Assembly (NCBI GenBank): GCA_964581995.1
Contig: CAZOQB010000008.1
Span: 9,499-73,498, forward strand
Length of the DNA: 64,000 bases
From: an uncultured Ignavibacteriaceae bacterium
Lineage (GTDB): Bacteria > Bacteroidota > Ignavibacteria > UBA10030 > BY39
Direction: 5' to 3'
The notes beneath the pieces were generated by a model. That model made no database searches, was not told the DNA's origin, and was given only the letters and a program-made list of their open reading frames with translations. Of this stretch, positions 10,706-20,966 are shown one piece after another (within the stretch, counting starts at the first letter, position 1; each line of letters begins with the position of its first letter). The translations under genes were made by a program, and so were the position numbers.

Positions 10706-11191
10706 TTAATTCTTCGGCATTTCATTTAAAAATGAATCAATCATTTTTTTATGTTTATCAGCATCGAGAGTTTCACCCAAAACTTTACCCGCAACACCGA
10801 TTGCGAGATTCGCTACCTCACTTCTCAGTCGGAGTAAAGCAGCATCTTTTTCTCGTTCAATCTCAAGCTTCGCTTTCTCAACCATGTAGCGGGAATGTTG
10901 TTGAGCTTTCTCTGTTATTTCATTTTTGAGTTTCTCGCCAAGGTCGCGTCCTTCTCGAATAAGCTTCTGTGCTTTTTCTTCGGCAACAGCAATCAGTTTC
11001 CGATTTTCTTCCGATTGATGCTTTGCTTGCTGTAATCTTTCTTCAGCTTGGTCGATTGAGAGCCGGATATGTTCTTCTCTTTTTTGTAAGGCACCAACTA
11101 GCGGTTTCCAAGCGAACTTCCGTAACAGAATCATCAGTATCAAGAAAGTTATTATTGTCCAGATTATTAATCCGGGATTTATCTCTAACAT
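10706..11191 (-). CDS. atpF: F0F1 ATP synthase subunit b
   Basis: 161 aa. Single N-terminal TM then long charged coiled coil. Operon position. Confidence 0.85.
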   Translation of the reverse strand: MLEINPGLIIWTIITFLILMILLRKFAWKPLVGALQKREEHIRLSIDQAEERLQQAKHQSEENRKLIAVAEEKAQKLIREGRDLGEKLKNEITEKAQQHSRYMVEKAKLEIEREKDAALLRLRSEVANLAIGVAGKVLGETLDADKHKKMIDSFLNEMPKN

Positions 11192-11216
11192 TTTTTCTCT
11201 CGTAAAAAATTAGTTT

Positions 11217-11444
11217 TTACTTGGTTGCAAGGATGATACAGATAGCCAATGCGAAAAAGGTAGCCCCTTCGATTAATGCTGCTGCGATTAACATCGAAGT
11301 ACGAACCTGACCCGCAACTTCGGGCTGACGACCGCTGGCTTCCATAGCCGCTGCCGCAAGTTTTCCGATTCCAAGCCCTGCTCCGATTACTGTTAATGCC
11401 GCGCCGATTCCGGCTGCTAAGTATCCTAATGCGTTTGCTTCCAT
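11217..11444 (-). CDS. atpE: F0F1 ATP synthase subunit c
   Basis: 75 aa. Two-TM hairpin with GLG-rich helix and a conserved carboxylate in helix 2. Confidence 0.9.
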   Translation of the reverse strand: MEANALGYLAAGIGAALTVIGAGLGIGKLAAAAMEASGRQPEVAGQVRTSMLIAAALIEGATFFALAICIILATK

Positions 11445-11483
11445 TTTATTTCTCCATTTAGTTAATGTTGATTTATGCTTTAT

Positions 11484-12371
11484 TTAATGACCATTTTCGT
11501 GTTGAGTTTCCTGCATTCCAAGCCCCATGAATAAAGCAGTAAGCATAGTAAAAATGTATGCTTGAAGGAATGCAACAAACAATTCTAACAAATTAATTCC
11601 AATCGTAAATGCTATCGGGACTGGGGCAATCCAAATTGTTTTAAATATGAAAATTAAACCGATTAATGAAACGATGACTATATGACCGCCCGTCATGTTT
11701 GCAAAAAGACGGATGCAGAGTGCGAACGGTTTAGTAAACAATCCTAAAATTTCTATCGGAACCATAATGGGCCAGAGAAGCCAATGTACCCCGCCGGTCA
11801 GGTGTGCTAAGTAAGTTGAAAACCCTTGCTTCTTTATCGCGGCTGCTTGAATCATTACGAATGCAATCGATGCCAACCCCGCCGTAACGCTCACGTTGCT
11901 GGTAGCGGTTGAACCATACGGCACCAAACCGATGAGGTTCATAATGAGTATGAAAAAGAAAGTAGTGAGAAGATAAGGTAAATATCTAAGACCATCTTTT
12001 CCCATATTAAGTATAACAATCTCATCTCTGACGAACTGAATAAATACTTCCACCAAATTTCCGATTCCCTTGGGAACTTTCGTCTTAGAATTTTTTCGGG
12101 CTGCATATACAGTAAAAACCAAAACGATGAGTGCGGCGACCCATAGGAAAAATACATGTTTCGTAACGGATAAATCTATTTGTATCCCGAATATGTTGAA
12201 GGGAGGGAATTGCGGCAGCTCGAAGTGACCGAACGGATACTCGATAATGTGCGAGTCTTTTACGTGGTGTAAAAGCTCAACGAAAATATTTTCTTTATGT
12301 TCGGCGTGAGCTGTTAATGTGTCAGCTACCTGAACTTGAGTATGTAATGTATCTATTAGAGAACTATTCAT
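11484..12371 (-). CDS. atpB: F0F1 ATP synthase subunit a
   Basis: 295 aa polytopic membrane protein. Conserved Arg region (LCIRLFANM). Operon position. Confidence 0.9.
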   Translation of the reverse strand: MNSSLIDTLHTQVQVADTLTAHAEHKENIFVELLHHVKDSHIIEYPFGHFELPQFPPFNIFGIQIDLSVTKHVFFLWVAALIVLVFTVYAARKNSKTKVPKGIGNLVEVFIQFVRDEIVILNMGKDGLRYLPYLLTTFFFILIMNLIGLVPYGSTATSNVSVTAGLASIAFVMIQAAAIKKQGFSTYLAHLTGGVHWLLWPIMVPIEILGLFTKPFALCIRLFANMTGGHIVIVSLIGLIFIFKTIWIAPVPIAFTIGINLLELFVAFLQAYIFTMLTALFMGLGMQETQHENGH

Positions 12372-12379
12372 TAACCTAT

Positions 12380-12766
12380 TTATGATGTTTTGGAACGAAC
12401 TTTTTTATCTATATACAAAATTTCCACCACGAGATAAATTGCATAAAAAGCAAAAAGCGAAACCATGAAAGCTATTAAATGTAACTGCAATATTTTAATA
12501 ACAAACAGCAACGATCCTAACATTATCAGCATCCGTATGCCTATACCGCCTAAAATCCATTTTAAAAAGCCTGTCATCGATTTGTTGTAAGCATACTCGA
12601 TCGTTATGTATCCGAGAAAAATATTCAATGTGCTGATTATAACACCCGCTATCGTTGCTACCAACATTTCATCGGTTGCATAAGCGAACAATGGATATAC
12701 TGCTAAAATTGTCGATACTGCGAGAACAATTAATATATTTTTAAAGAACGATTTATCAAACTTCAT
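12380..12766 (-). CDS. atpI: AtpI-like small 4-TM membrane protein of the ATP synthase operon
   Basis: 128 aa, four hydrophobic helices, directly upstream of atpB. 11-nt overlap with the upstream ORF. Confidence 0.5.
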   Translation of the reverse strand: MKFDKSFFKNILIVLAVSTILAVYPLFAYATDEMLVATIAGVIISTLNIFLGYITIEYAYNKSMTGFLKWILGGIGIRMLIMLGSLLFVIKILQLHLIAFMVSLFAFYAIYLVVEILYIDKKVRSKTS

Positions 12767-13004
12767 TTTTATTTTTTTTCTTTGTCAAAGCGGCAACGGC
12801 TTTGAAAAAGTGATAAAAACCAGCCGAGATTCCTACAACAATACCCGCAAGCATCAGCCACGGCTTAGTATTTAGTTTATCGTCAGCCCATTTGCCGATA
12901 AAAAATGTTAATACTACAATTGCTGCAAATTGGATACCGAGAGTTAGAAACGGCGTCGCCTCTCGATAGGCTTTTACTACGCTATTTAAGTCTCCCAACT
13001 TCAT
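12756..13004 (-). CDS. AtpZ/AtpR-like small membrane protein (ATPase_gene1 family)
   Basis: 82 aa, two TM helices, first gene of the atp operon. Size and topology typical of AtpZ. Confidence 0.5.
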   Translation of the reverse strand: MKLGDLNSVVKAYREATPFLTLGIQFAAIVVLTFFIGKWADDKLNTKPWLMLAGIVVGISAGFYHFFKAVAALTKKKNKNEV

Positions 13005-13025
13005 GAATTTGCGGGAGTCATTGTG

Positions 13026-13403
13026 TTAAACCTGCTTCGTTTCTAAAACTACCGGTGTTTGCTTATTGCCAGCCATCGAACAGTTACCATCGAACGTTGC
13101 GCCTTCATCGATTACAAGTTTTGCCGCACGAATATCTCCGTGAACGACTGCTTTACTTTCAAACACAAGTTTTTCCTGAGCGTTTATGCTGCCTTTGATC
13201 TTGCCACCTACAGAAATATTTTTCGCCGAAACAGCGCCGTCAACTTCTCCGGAAACACCAATCGAAACTGTTTCGCTTGCAAATAACTCACCCGTAATTT
13301 TACCGTCGATTCGTATATTACCGCGGCTGCGTAGCTTACCTTCTATAATCGTACCGGGACCGATTATATTGAGCTCATTCGTTATTTCACTTTTTATTGC
13401 CAC
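13026..13403 (-). CDS. Bactofilin (polymer-forming cytoskeletal protein, DUF583)
   Basis: 125 aa. Repetitive beta-helical pattern GxIxGxV (IEGKLRSRGNIRIDGKITGEL...VDGAV..ISVGGKIKG). Confidence 0.85.
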   Translation of the reverse strand: MAIKSEITNELNIIGPGTIIEGKLRSRGNIRIDGKITGELFASETVSIGVSGEVDGAVSAKNISVGGKIKGSINAQEKLVFESKAVVHGDIRAAKLVIDEGATFDGNCSMAGNKQTPVVLETKQV

Positions 13404-13406
13404 TTA

Positions 13407-14330
13407 TTACTCCATTGATTTTGACGTTAATAAATATTCATTAGGGTCAACCGTATAACCATTTTTCCAAATCTCAAAATGCAGATGTGGACCTGTGCTT
13501 TTTTTACCGGTGTTTCCTAAAACTGCGACCGGTTCGCCACGCTTAATGTTATCGCCTTCTGCTTTTAACAAAGCTTGATTATGTTTATACACAGTCAAGA
13601 AACCACTTTCGTGAGCTACTATTAGTGTGAATCCATAATCGTACGACCAGTCAGAAAAAATTACGGTACCCGGCGCTGCTGCAAGTATCGCCATTCCTTC
13701 TTTGCCGCTAATGTCAATACCAAAATGCCCCGACGCTGGATCGTACGACCGTGTAGAAAAACCTTCGGCGGGCACAGTAAATGGTAGTTCGATGATTCCG
13801 CTTCCAACTGATTTTTGAATCGACGACGCGGCGAAATTATTTAGGTCGTGCGGATAATCAAACTGTTGTTCTGTAAATAGTGACTTTGTTTCAGCGGTGT
13901 CCGATTCTATCGTCTCATTTTTTTTATAATCAACTTTTTTATCGTATGTCGATTTATCCACAACAGATATCTTGGTGGTATCACTTTTAGAAACTGTCTC
14001 GCCAAGGACATTTCTTAGCTGCTGATTATATTGTCGTAAAACAACAATTTCCTCCAACAAGTTATTTAACTTTTGTTGGATTGAAATTAATTGTTTGCCG
14101 TATTTATTTTCTAATTCCGGGCTTGATATAGGTAAATAGCTTCCGAGCGGTGTATATACCACAACCCCAACTACAACTGACGAGATAACTCCAATAATTG
14201 ATATTCCGATAAGGAAAAGACCAAGTTTACCAACAACAAAGCTTTTTTGATTCTTGGACTTACTACTCGGAACCAGTAAAATTGTATATTTTTCTTTTTC
14301 TTTCCGGTGATGAATGGAGTTAGTGGACAT
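13407..14330 (-). CDS. M23 family metallopeptidase with N-terminal TM anchor and coiled coil
   Basis: 307 aa. C-terminal LytM/M23 motifs HFGIDI and GNTGKSTGPHLHFEI. Stops 3 nt before the bactofilin start. Confidence 0.85.
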   Translation of the reverse strand: MSTNSIHHRKEKEKYTILLVPSSKSKNQKSFVVGKLGLFLIGISIIGVISSVVVGVVVYTPLGSYLPISSPELENKYGKQLISIQQKLNNLLEEIVVLRQYNQQLRNVLGETVSKSDTTKISVVDKSTYDKKVDYKKNETIESDTAETKSLFTEQQFDYPHDLNNFAASSIQKSVGSGIIELPFTVPAEGFSTRSYDPASGHFGIDISGKEGMAILAAAPGTVIFSDWSYDYGFTLIVAHESGFLTVYKHNQALLKAEGDNIKRGEPVAVLGNTGKKSTGPHLHFEIWKNGYTVDPNEYLLTSKSME

Positions 14331-14435
14331 CTATATAAATAAAATCAGAATCTTTATCATAAATTCGGTGAAAAATATAACGAAAATAGGAGTGAAAGTC
14401 AATGAAACAAAACCTCCTATTATTCTGACTATACA

Positions 14436-14837
14436 TTATTTCTTTTTTAAAAGTTCTCGTATATCAGTTAGTAACTCTGCTTCCTTTGAAAGCTTCGGCG
14501 CTTCTGGCGCGGGAGGTACTTCTGCCCTTTTAAGCTTATTCATACCTTTTATAACTAGGAAAATACTAAAAGCCACTATAGTGAAGTCGATTATTGTGTT
14601 AATAAAAACACCATATTTTATTGTAACAGCAGCAGATACGTCTGTCGCCTGTTTTAAAGTGATTGCAAAATGACTGAAATCAACTCCGCCCATCAACATA
14701 CCAATTGGCGGCAGAAGCACATCGCTAACTAATGAGCTGACAATTTTTCCAAATGCAGCACCAATGATTATACCGACTGCCATATCCACGACGTTACCGC
14801 GCATGGCAAAAGCTTTAAATTCTTTCATCATAGACAT
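14436..14837 (-). CDS. mscL: Large-conductance mechanosensitive channel
   Basis: 133 aa. [27 protein letters not shown] signature. Confidence 0.9.
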   Translation of the reverse strand: MSMMKEFKAFAMRGNVVDMAVGIIIGAAFGKIVSSLVSDVLLPPIGMLMGGVDFSHFAITLKQATDVSAAVTIKYGVFINTIIDFTIVAFSIFLVIKGMNKLKRAEVPPAPEAPKLSKEAELLTDIRELLKKK

Positions 14838-14872
14838 ATTGTTACTCCTTCTATTGTTAATTGATTTATTTT

Positions 14873-15718
14873 TTATAATATCGAGTATGTTATACCTAAT
14901 TGTAACGCTTCTTTAACTTGTGTTTTTGGCGATTGGCTCTTTTCGTATATCAGCAGGACATTTAAATTTGTATTAAAATATTTGTTGATCTGTGCAGTTA
15001 TTGTATTATCCCACCTAACATCCCAAACATCCAAACTATTAAACCTGCTAAATAATCTGAGCTTACTTGATGCTAACATATTCTCCGCGAACAAATACGA
15101 TCCTTCAGTAACCGATTCGATACCTGTTTCGAGTTTAAACCTTTCGATTTTATCCAGAGTCTTTATGTCGTCCACGTACAGGTGCGCAAATTGGTCTGCG
15201 AATGTTTCCTGAAGAGCGACACCTAACCGACTCGAAAACACTTTATCCTTACTATAACTAAATCCTATGCTTTGTGTAATGTAACCAGGGTCGAAGAATT
15301 TTGACGTTTGTAAAGCGGGTGTTTGTGCATAATTGTAGCCATTACTAATTACCGTTCTGACTGTGTTACTGAAATACGGATTCACTACCCATCCAATATC
15401 ATATGTCAGAACACTCTCTAAGTAAATTTCATTATCATTAGTTCTGAATTCTGCGCTTCCTAATTTGGTTCTACCGAATGCCAACTTTAAATTGTTTTTT
15501 ACTGCCCAAGGGTTAGCAGAATATAGAATATCGAGCTTGCCAAAAAAAGTCCACGCTAAAGAATTATCGCCGCCCTGTGTCCAGTTGCTTAATGCAATTT
15601 GACTTATGTTTAACCCTGTTACTGCGGAGGTTGACCAGTTACTTTTTGGAATAGTGTCTGTTTGTGCGAAAAGAGTACTCGAAAATATGAGCAAATGTAA
15701 AATGAATGAAGATTTCAT
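14873..15718 (-). CDS. DUF3078-family outer-membrane beta-barrel protein
   Basis: 281 aa. Signal peptide, SNWTQGGDN motif, alternating amphipathic beta strands, aromatic C-terminus. Confidence 0.65.
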   Translation of the reverse strand: MKSSFILHLLIFSSTLFAQTDTIPKSNWSTSAVTGLNISQIALSNWTQGGDNSLAWTFFGKLDILYSANPWAVKNNLKLAFGRTKLGSAEFRTNDNEIYLESVLTYDIGWVVNPYFSNTVRTVISNGYNYAQTPALQTSKFFDPGYITQSIGFSYSKDKVFSSRLGVALQETFADQFAHLYVDDIKTLDKIERFKLETGIESVTEGSYLFAENMLASSKLRLFSRFNSLDVWDVRWDNTITAQINKYFNTNLNVLLIYEKSQSPKTQVKEALQLGITYSIL

Positions 15719-15864
15719 AATGTTGTATCCTTATTATGTTATTTATAATTTCGTCTTGCCGACATTAGATGCATCTTAATATTAAAAGATGCTACTGCGG
15801 GAGTTAAAAATTTTTTCTATAACTGAAAATCCCTAAACATAGTATCAGGATTAAACAGTATATA

Positions 15865-18528
15865 TTAATCAAGCACGTTCCTAATTATTTTTAGTAATTC
15901 TACAAGTTTATACGGTTTCTGTACAAATGCTTTTACGCCTGCCTGGGACATTGCAGTTCTTTTTTCCGGTCGGATGTAACCACTAGCAACAATAAATTTC
16001 AATTCCGGGTTAGCTTGTTTCAATCGATTAAATAATTCTTGTCCGTCAATTCTTGGCAATCCTAAATCTGATAGGACGAGCGATATCTCCTCCTTCTTAC
16101 TTGAATAAATCTTAATAGCTTCTTCTCCATCTTGAGCGGTTAATACTGTATAACCTTTTTCCTGTAAGACAATTTGGGTTGACTTTGCTAAATATTCTTC
16201 GTCCTCGACTAAAAGGATTGTTTCATTCCCACCGCGAATATCTTTAATTGTTCCGGCGTATTCTTTTTCTGTATGAACCTCACCGACAAGCACAGGAAAA
16301 TAAAGTCGAAAAACAGTTCCGGCACCCACTTTGCTTTCGGCTTCGATAAAACTGTTATGCTGCTCAATTATTCCGTATGCAACAGCCAAACCCAATCCGG
16401 TGCCTTTGCCTAATTCTTTTGTTGTAAAGAAAGGTTCGAAGATACGTTCTAAGGTTGCTTGTTCCATTCCCTTGCCGGTATCGGTAATCTCGACAGCAAT
16501 ATATTTATTCGATATAAGATTTTTGTATTTACTTATGTGGTCAGAACTGACTGCCCTAGTCGTTATCGTTAGTTTGCCGCCGTCGGGCATAGCATCTCTG
16601 GCGTTAAGACATAAATTCAGCAGTACAGAATGCAATTGGTTTTGATCTGCTATTATAGATGGGAGTTGATCTTCGAGCTGAATGTTGAACTCGATAGTTT
16701 TCGGGAAAGTTTCATTGAGTATATTTATTAACTCTTTAATTAAATCATTAACTCTGACAGATTCCAAATTCACCTCAGTTTTACGTGCAAATGTCAGTAA
16801 TTGACGAACAAGCGTTGCACCACGTTCAGTCACCCTCGTAATAGCCTCTGCACTTACATCCACCTTAATCGGCTCCGATTTAAATAAACCGATTATAGAT
16901 GCATGCCCCATAATTATTCCGAGTATGTTGTTAAAATCGTGCGCAATACCACCGGCGAGTGTTCCTAAACTTTCCATCTTCTGCGAGTGTATCAATTGCC
17001 GCTCTAAAATTTTGCGCTTCGTGTCGTCGAATAGATATCCTTTTACTTCAACCAACTCATTGTCTTGATTGAATTCACCAATTAAATTTGCAATTGTGTA
17101 AATCGGCTTCCCGTCAATTTTTTGCAATTGAAGATCCATGTATTCAATTTTCTTCTCGCTCTTCAACCGGTTAATAACTTTTTTATGGAATTCCGGATTC
17201 GGAAAGAACTTTACAAAATCAGAGTTGGTTACATCTTCGACCGATCCAACTCCAAACATGCGAGCAAAAGAAGGATTGCATTGCAACAATTTACCAGCCG
17301 GTGTTGAGATAAAATCTCCAGTCAGATCTTCCTCAAAAAAACTCCGATACTTTTCTTCACTTTGCTTGAGCGCCTCTTCGATACGCTTATTTTCGGTTAT
17401 ATCGCGAAGATATTCAATTACGCCTATCATTTTTCCGCTTACTGTGTCTGTTATTGGAAAACTGAACAAGTCAAGCCATCCTGTCGCTGAACCATCTGCT
17501 CCAATTCTCGGAACAATTCCATGAGATGAAGTACCGCTTTTCATAGTTTTGTTTGTTGGACAATCAGCGCATGCGCCGGTATGCCCGTGGTTGACTTCAA
17601 AACATTTTTTACCGACAACGGGCATCGCGTACGAATACCAATTTTCCATAGTCGGGTTCACGCGTACTATTCTCAAATCCATATCGAGCACACTTATTCC
17701 ATCCTGAATACTATTAAAAATGTCCGCAAGGAATCTCTCGTTTTTTTGCAGTGCTTCTTCTGCCAGTTTGCGCTCAGTAATATCCCTGAAAATCCCCATC
17801 AGACATTTTTTTCCCTCGTACGTCATCTCGAAAGTATTGATATCGGCAAAAAAAACTGTTCCATCTTTTCTCTTAACAGGAATGTCTCTGGCAATCCTAA
17901 TTTCATTTCGTATCTGTTTTTCTAACTGATTTGCAACATACGGCAAGTTTTCTTTAGGATGAATATCGGGAACTGAAAGTTTAGTGATTTCATTCGGTTC
18001 GTAACCGGTCATTTTACAGATTGTTGAATTGCCAAACGAAAATTTTAGCGTATCAACATCCACCAGCAACAAACCATCAGACGCGTTCTCAAAAATCTCT
18101 CTGAACCTCCGTTCCGATTCTTTAAGCGCCTCTTCAGAGAGTCTTTTTTCATGCCTCACTTTTGCGCTTTTAATTTCTCTTTCGATAGCCGGTAATAAAC
18201 GAGAAAGGTTGGCTTTAGTGATGAAATCGTGTGCGCCTGATTTTAGCGATTCGACAGCAAAATCCTCACCTATTGTGCCTGAGACGATTATAAACGGAAT
18301 ATCTTTTCCGGTTTGATGCAGAAGACTTAACGCTTCCGGCGCACCAAAATTAGGCATGTTGTAATCAGCTAATATTACATCCCATTTATCATTGGTGAGG
18401 GCATTTAAAAAATCTTCTCCCGTCTCAACACATTTGAAATTTAGTAGATAATGCGTCTTGAGTGTGTGTATTAGCAGCTCTACATCAGCCGGAGAATTCT
18501 CTGCTATTAACACCTTTATGTGTTTCAT
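15865..18528 (-). CDS. Hybrid sensor histidine kinase: N-terminal receiver, multiple PAS domains, HisKA/HATPase, C-terminal receiver
   Basis: ORF 15865-18624. Likely start is MKHIKVLIAENS (ATG rc of 18526-18528) after a GGAGAGGAG RBS. Receiver at both ends. HisKA H-box LAGGIAHDFNN. HATPase G-boxes DTGKGM and GTGLGL. One PAS carries a 4-Cys cluster CFEVNHGHTGACADCP. Confidence 0.85.
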   Translation of the reverse strand: MKHIKVLIAENSPADVELLIHTLKTHYLLNFKCVETGEDFLNALTNDKWDVILADYNMPNFGAPEALSLLHQTGKDIPFIIVSGTIGEDFAVESLKSGAHDFITKANLSRLLPAIEREIKSAKVRHEKRLSEEALKESERRFREIFENASDGLLLVDVDTLKFSFGNSTICKMTGYEPNEITKLSVPDIHPKENLPYVANQLEKQIRNEIRIARDIPVKRKDGTVFFADINTFEMTYEGKKCLMGIFRDITERKLAEEALQKNERFLADIFNSIQDGISVLDMDLRIVRVNPTMENWYSYAMPVVGKKCFEVNHGHTGACADCPTNKTMKSGTSSHGIVPRIGADGSATGWLDLFSFPITDTVSGKMIGVIEYLRDITENKRIEEALKQSEEKYRSFFEEDLTGDFISTPAGKLLQCNPSFARMFGVGSVEDVTNSDFVKFFPNPEFHKKVINRLKSEKKIEYMDLQLQKIDGKPIYTIANLIGEFNQDNELVEVKGYLFDDTKRKILERQLIHSQKMESLGTLAGGIAHDFNNILGIIMGHASIIGLFKSEPIKVDVSAEAITRVTERGATLVRQLLTFARKTEVNLESVRVNDLIKELINILNETFPKTIEFNIQLEDQLPSIIADQNQLHSVLLNLCLNARDAMPDGGKLTITTRAVSSDHISKYKNLISNKYIAVEITDTGKGMEQATLERIFEPFFTTKELGKGTGLGLAVAYGIIEQHNSFIEAESKVGAGTVFRLYFPVLVGEVHTEKEYAGTIKDIRGGNETILLVEDEEYLAKSTQIVLQEKGYTVLTAQDGEEAIKIYSSKKEEISLVLSDLGLPRIDGQELFNRLKQANPELKFIVASGYIRPEKRTAMSQAGVKAFVQKPYKLVELLKIIRNVLD

Positions 18529-18647
18529 CAGTACTCCTCTCCCTGTTTTCTTTTCTACCATATTCCGTATTCCCGAATTATTATATTTCCTCCATAAAGT
18601 AAGAAGGAAAACTCCAAAAGTCAAACTAAAAATTCAAACTCGACAAA

Positions 18648-20966
18648 TTAAAACAGACTGCTGATCCCCACTGTAAAAAATAACCTCTTTGGATTAGTTA
18701 ATCTGTAAGTCAAATCAAATCTGAGGAGGTCGAAAATTTTCCCAATTCCGACTCCGGCTTCAGTATACCAGCCATTAGTTACAGAATTACCATTTTGCCA
18801 TGCTTGGGCGGCAGAACTGAAAACTACAAATTCGATATTGCGTTTATATAAATATGGAATCCCTAATAGTAAAAAAGGTATATTGCGAAAATTATGTTCA
18901 AGACTAAGATTTACAAACTTATCTCCAATATAGCGGCGAGGATAAGAGGTCTTTAAAACACCGAAGGGGGCGTATCCACCGAGTTGAGAATCAATCGTGA
19001 ACATTTTTTGAGACGGGAGCTGCCCGGTAGAAGTCCCTGTTGATAAATATATGTGCATCACCGGAGAGAACAGATGACTTTGCAAAAAAGTTTTAAAACT
19101 ATAACTAGCAGAAACATTATATGAAGTGAAATCGAAATCGCTTTTGAAGAATGAGTTTTGAGTATGTTCAACCGTAAATTCTATCGCATCAACGAAGATT
19201 AAATTGAGTACAACCGGTTCTGCTCCGTATCTAAGGTTTAATTGAAGACTTCTCAACTTACCATCTTGTATCTCTGGATTACCTCTGTAACGATTTCCGA
19301 GCGCAAAGAAACTATAATTTGAATTTGTTTGTAAAGATTTTTGCCATTCACTGATGAATGATAGCTCGGTATTTAATTTATCCGCTATATTTGCCTTGAC
19401 AAATGTACGCCAGCCGGAGGAAAGAAAATAATCTCGATAATCGTTCCGACCGATGAGCGAAGTAAACGAATTTTGAAGCGGGTGATAAAAATTTCCATCG
19501 GGCACGTTATCGAGTTTTCTGTAAACCTCAAAACCAAGTCCGTAGTTTCTTTTTGAATCCAGATATTGCGTACCACCGAAATTTAATTTGAAAATATCAT
19601 CTGAGAAGCCGTAACCTGCGGAAGACTTAATAGAAGTTGTATTGGTTAATGAATCGAGTTCGTACTTACCGCCGAAATAAAACCCTTCTACCCTGTTAAA
19701 ACGGGCATCGATGTACTTTAGATACGATAACACATTGCCGGAATCAGAAAATAAAGTCATTGCAATTCCACCCGGGCGGAATTGAGCAGTTAAAGTATTG
19801 GTGCTGTCGAGCGAATCGTAAGCAGCTTGTTCTACCTCCGTAAGCGGAAGGACCTCGCTCTGCTTCCAGAAAATTGAGTCAAAAACCACTGCGCTGGAAT
19901 CGGTTGTTAAGCGCGGCTTCTTGAATATCGAATCAGGAATAACGGCGTTAATTTTATAATCCGTAATTACCGATGTCTGTTCGAAGGCCATTTTCGGAAA
20001 CGTAAAACCTGCGATACTGATTTTTGCACTGCCTACAATTCTGATGTCGGCTGGCATCCAGAATTCGTCATCATAGAGCGAGAACTTTTGCCGATAATTT
20101 AATTTTAAATCGCTGACAAAGGGAATATTGAATACTTCGTTAGGTTGTAAATCAACACCCATCACCGCAAAAGTGTAGTCTGCAATGGTTATTATACCCT
20201 GGAAAAGCGGTTGTAGGCCTGATTTCGGGATGACGTTTATCTCGTAGATTTCGTAACCACCTTTTCCGAATGTCCGCAACAATTTGTAATCATAATAATC
20301 GAGAGCGTTAGGCGCAGTAGGGCCTATAAACGTATAACCGGCGCTTTTTATTTCGTCGTTGTTAAAATTTGTAATTCCCCAGACGGCAGCGAAGTTACTG
20401 GAAGCTGGAACGTTTTCCGTTTGTCTTTTTTGTTTAATAATTTCACGAAGTGTATCACCCTTCTGCCAGTATCCAGTTGAGTATGACTCGGTTATACTGG
20501 CTATAGTTGTATCTTTATAAAATAGCTGGCGTGAAAATGCTTGAATCTCGTAAGAATTTAATTTATCCATCCACGTTCGCTTGTTGGCTATTGCTTTTCG
20601 GATGATCTCGATGGCGGGGTCTTCAGCAATTGCAACCACCTCAGGCAATTGTACACCGATTGGCTTAAGGTTTATCTGCAAATCAATATCTTTAGACAAA
20701 ACAATTTTCTGAGAATCGGATTGATAACCGACATAACTGAAAGTGAGCGTATATTCACCTTCCCGTAAAGAGAAGCGAAATTTTCCATCGGCGGTGGTTA
20801 TTGTGCCCTTTGCAGTTCCTGTGATGCGGACTGAAGCGGCGGGTAAAGGTTGGTTAGTTTCTGAATCGGTTACATTTCCGCTAATTGTAAAATATGTTTG
20901 TGAGTAACTGAGTGCCGGAAATAAAAATAAGAAAAGGCAAATTTTCGTTACTAAATTCTTATTCAT
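18648..20966 (-). CDS. Carboxypeptidase-regulatory-like domain plus DUF5686-type outer-membrane beta-barrel protein
   Basis: Likely start MNKNL (ATG rc of 20964-20966), overlapping the lptB stop by 8 nt. Signal peptide, then ISGNVTDSETNQPLPAASVRITGT..TTADGKFRF (CarbopepD_reg_2), then a long beta-rich C-terminal domain. Confidence 0.65.
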   Translation of the reverse strand: MNKNLVTKICLFLFLFPALSYSQTYFTISGNVTDSETNQPLPAASVRITGTAKGTITTADGKFRFSLREGEYTLTFSYVGYQSDSQKIVLSKDIDLQINLKPIGVQLPEVVAIAEDPAIEIIRKAIANKRTWMDKLNSYEIQAFSRQLFYKDTTIASITESYSTGYWQKGDTLREIIKQKRQTENVPASSNFAAVWGITNFNNDEIKSAGYTFIGPTAPNALDYYDYKLLRTFGKGGYEIYEINVIPKSGLQPLFQGIITIADYTFAVMGVDLQPNEVFNIPFVSDLKLNYRQKFSLYDDEFWMPADIRIVGSAKISIAGFTFPKMAFEQTSVITDYKINAVIPDSIFKKPRLTTDSSAVVFDSIFWKQSEVLPLTEVEQAAYDSLDSTNTLTAQFRPGGIAMTLFSDSGNVLSYLKYIDARFNRVEGFYFGGKYELDSLTNTTSIKSSAGYGFSDDIFKLNFGGTQYLDSKRNYGLGFEVYRKLDNVPDGNFYHPLQNSFTSLIGRNDYRDYFLSSGWRTFVKANIADKLNTELSFISEWQKSLQTNSNYSFFALGNRYRGNPEIQDGKLRSLQLNLRYGAEPVVLNLIFVDAIEFTVEHTQNSFFKSDFDFTSYNVSASYSFKTFLQSHLFSPVMHIYLSTGTSTGQLPSQKMFTIDSQLGGYAPFGVLKTSYPRRYIGDKFVNLSLEHNFRNIPFLLLGIPYLYKRNIEFVVFSSAAQAWQNGNSVTNGWYTEAGVGIGKIFDLLRFDLTYRLTNPKRLFFTVGISSLF

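Noticed and set aside
15771-15796. Perfect 7-bp hairpin gcatctt-aatatta-aagatgc between the hybrid kinase stop and the DUF3078 start
   Set aside because: It has no flanking U-tract on either strand, so I cannot call it an intrinsic terminator. It may simply be a promoter-region palindrome.
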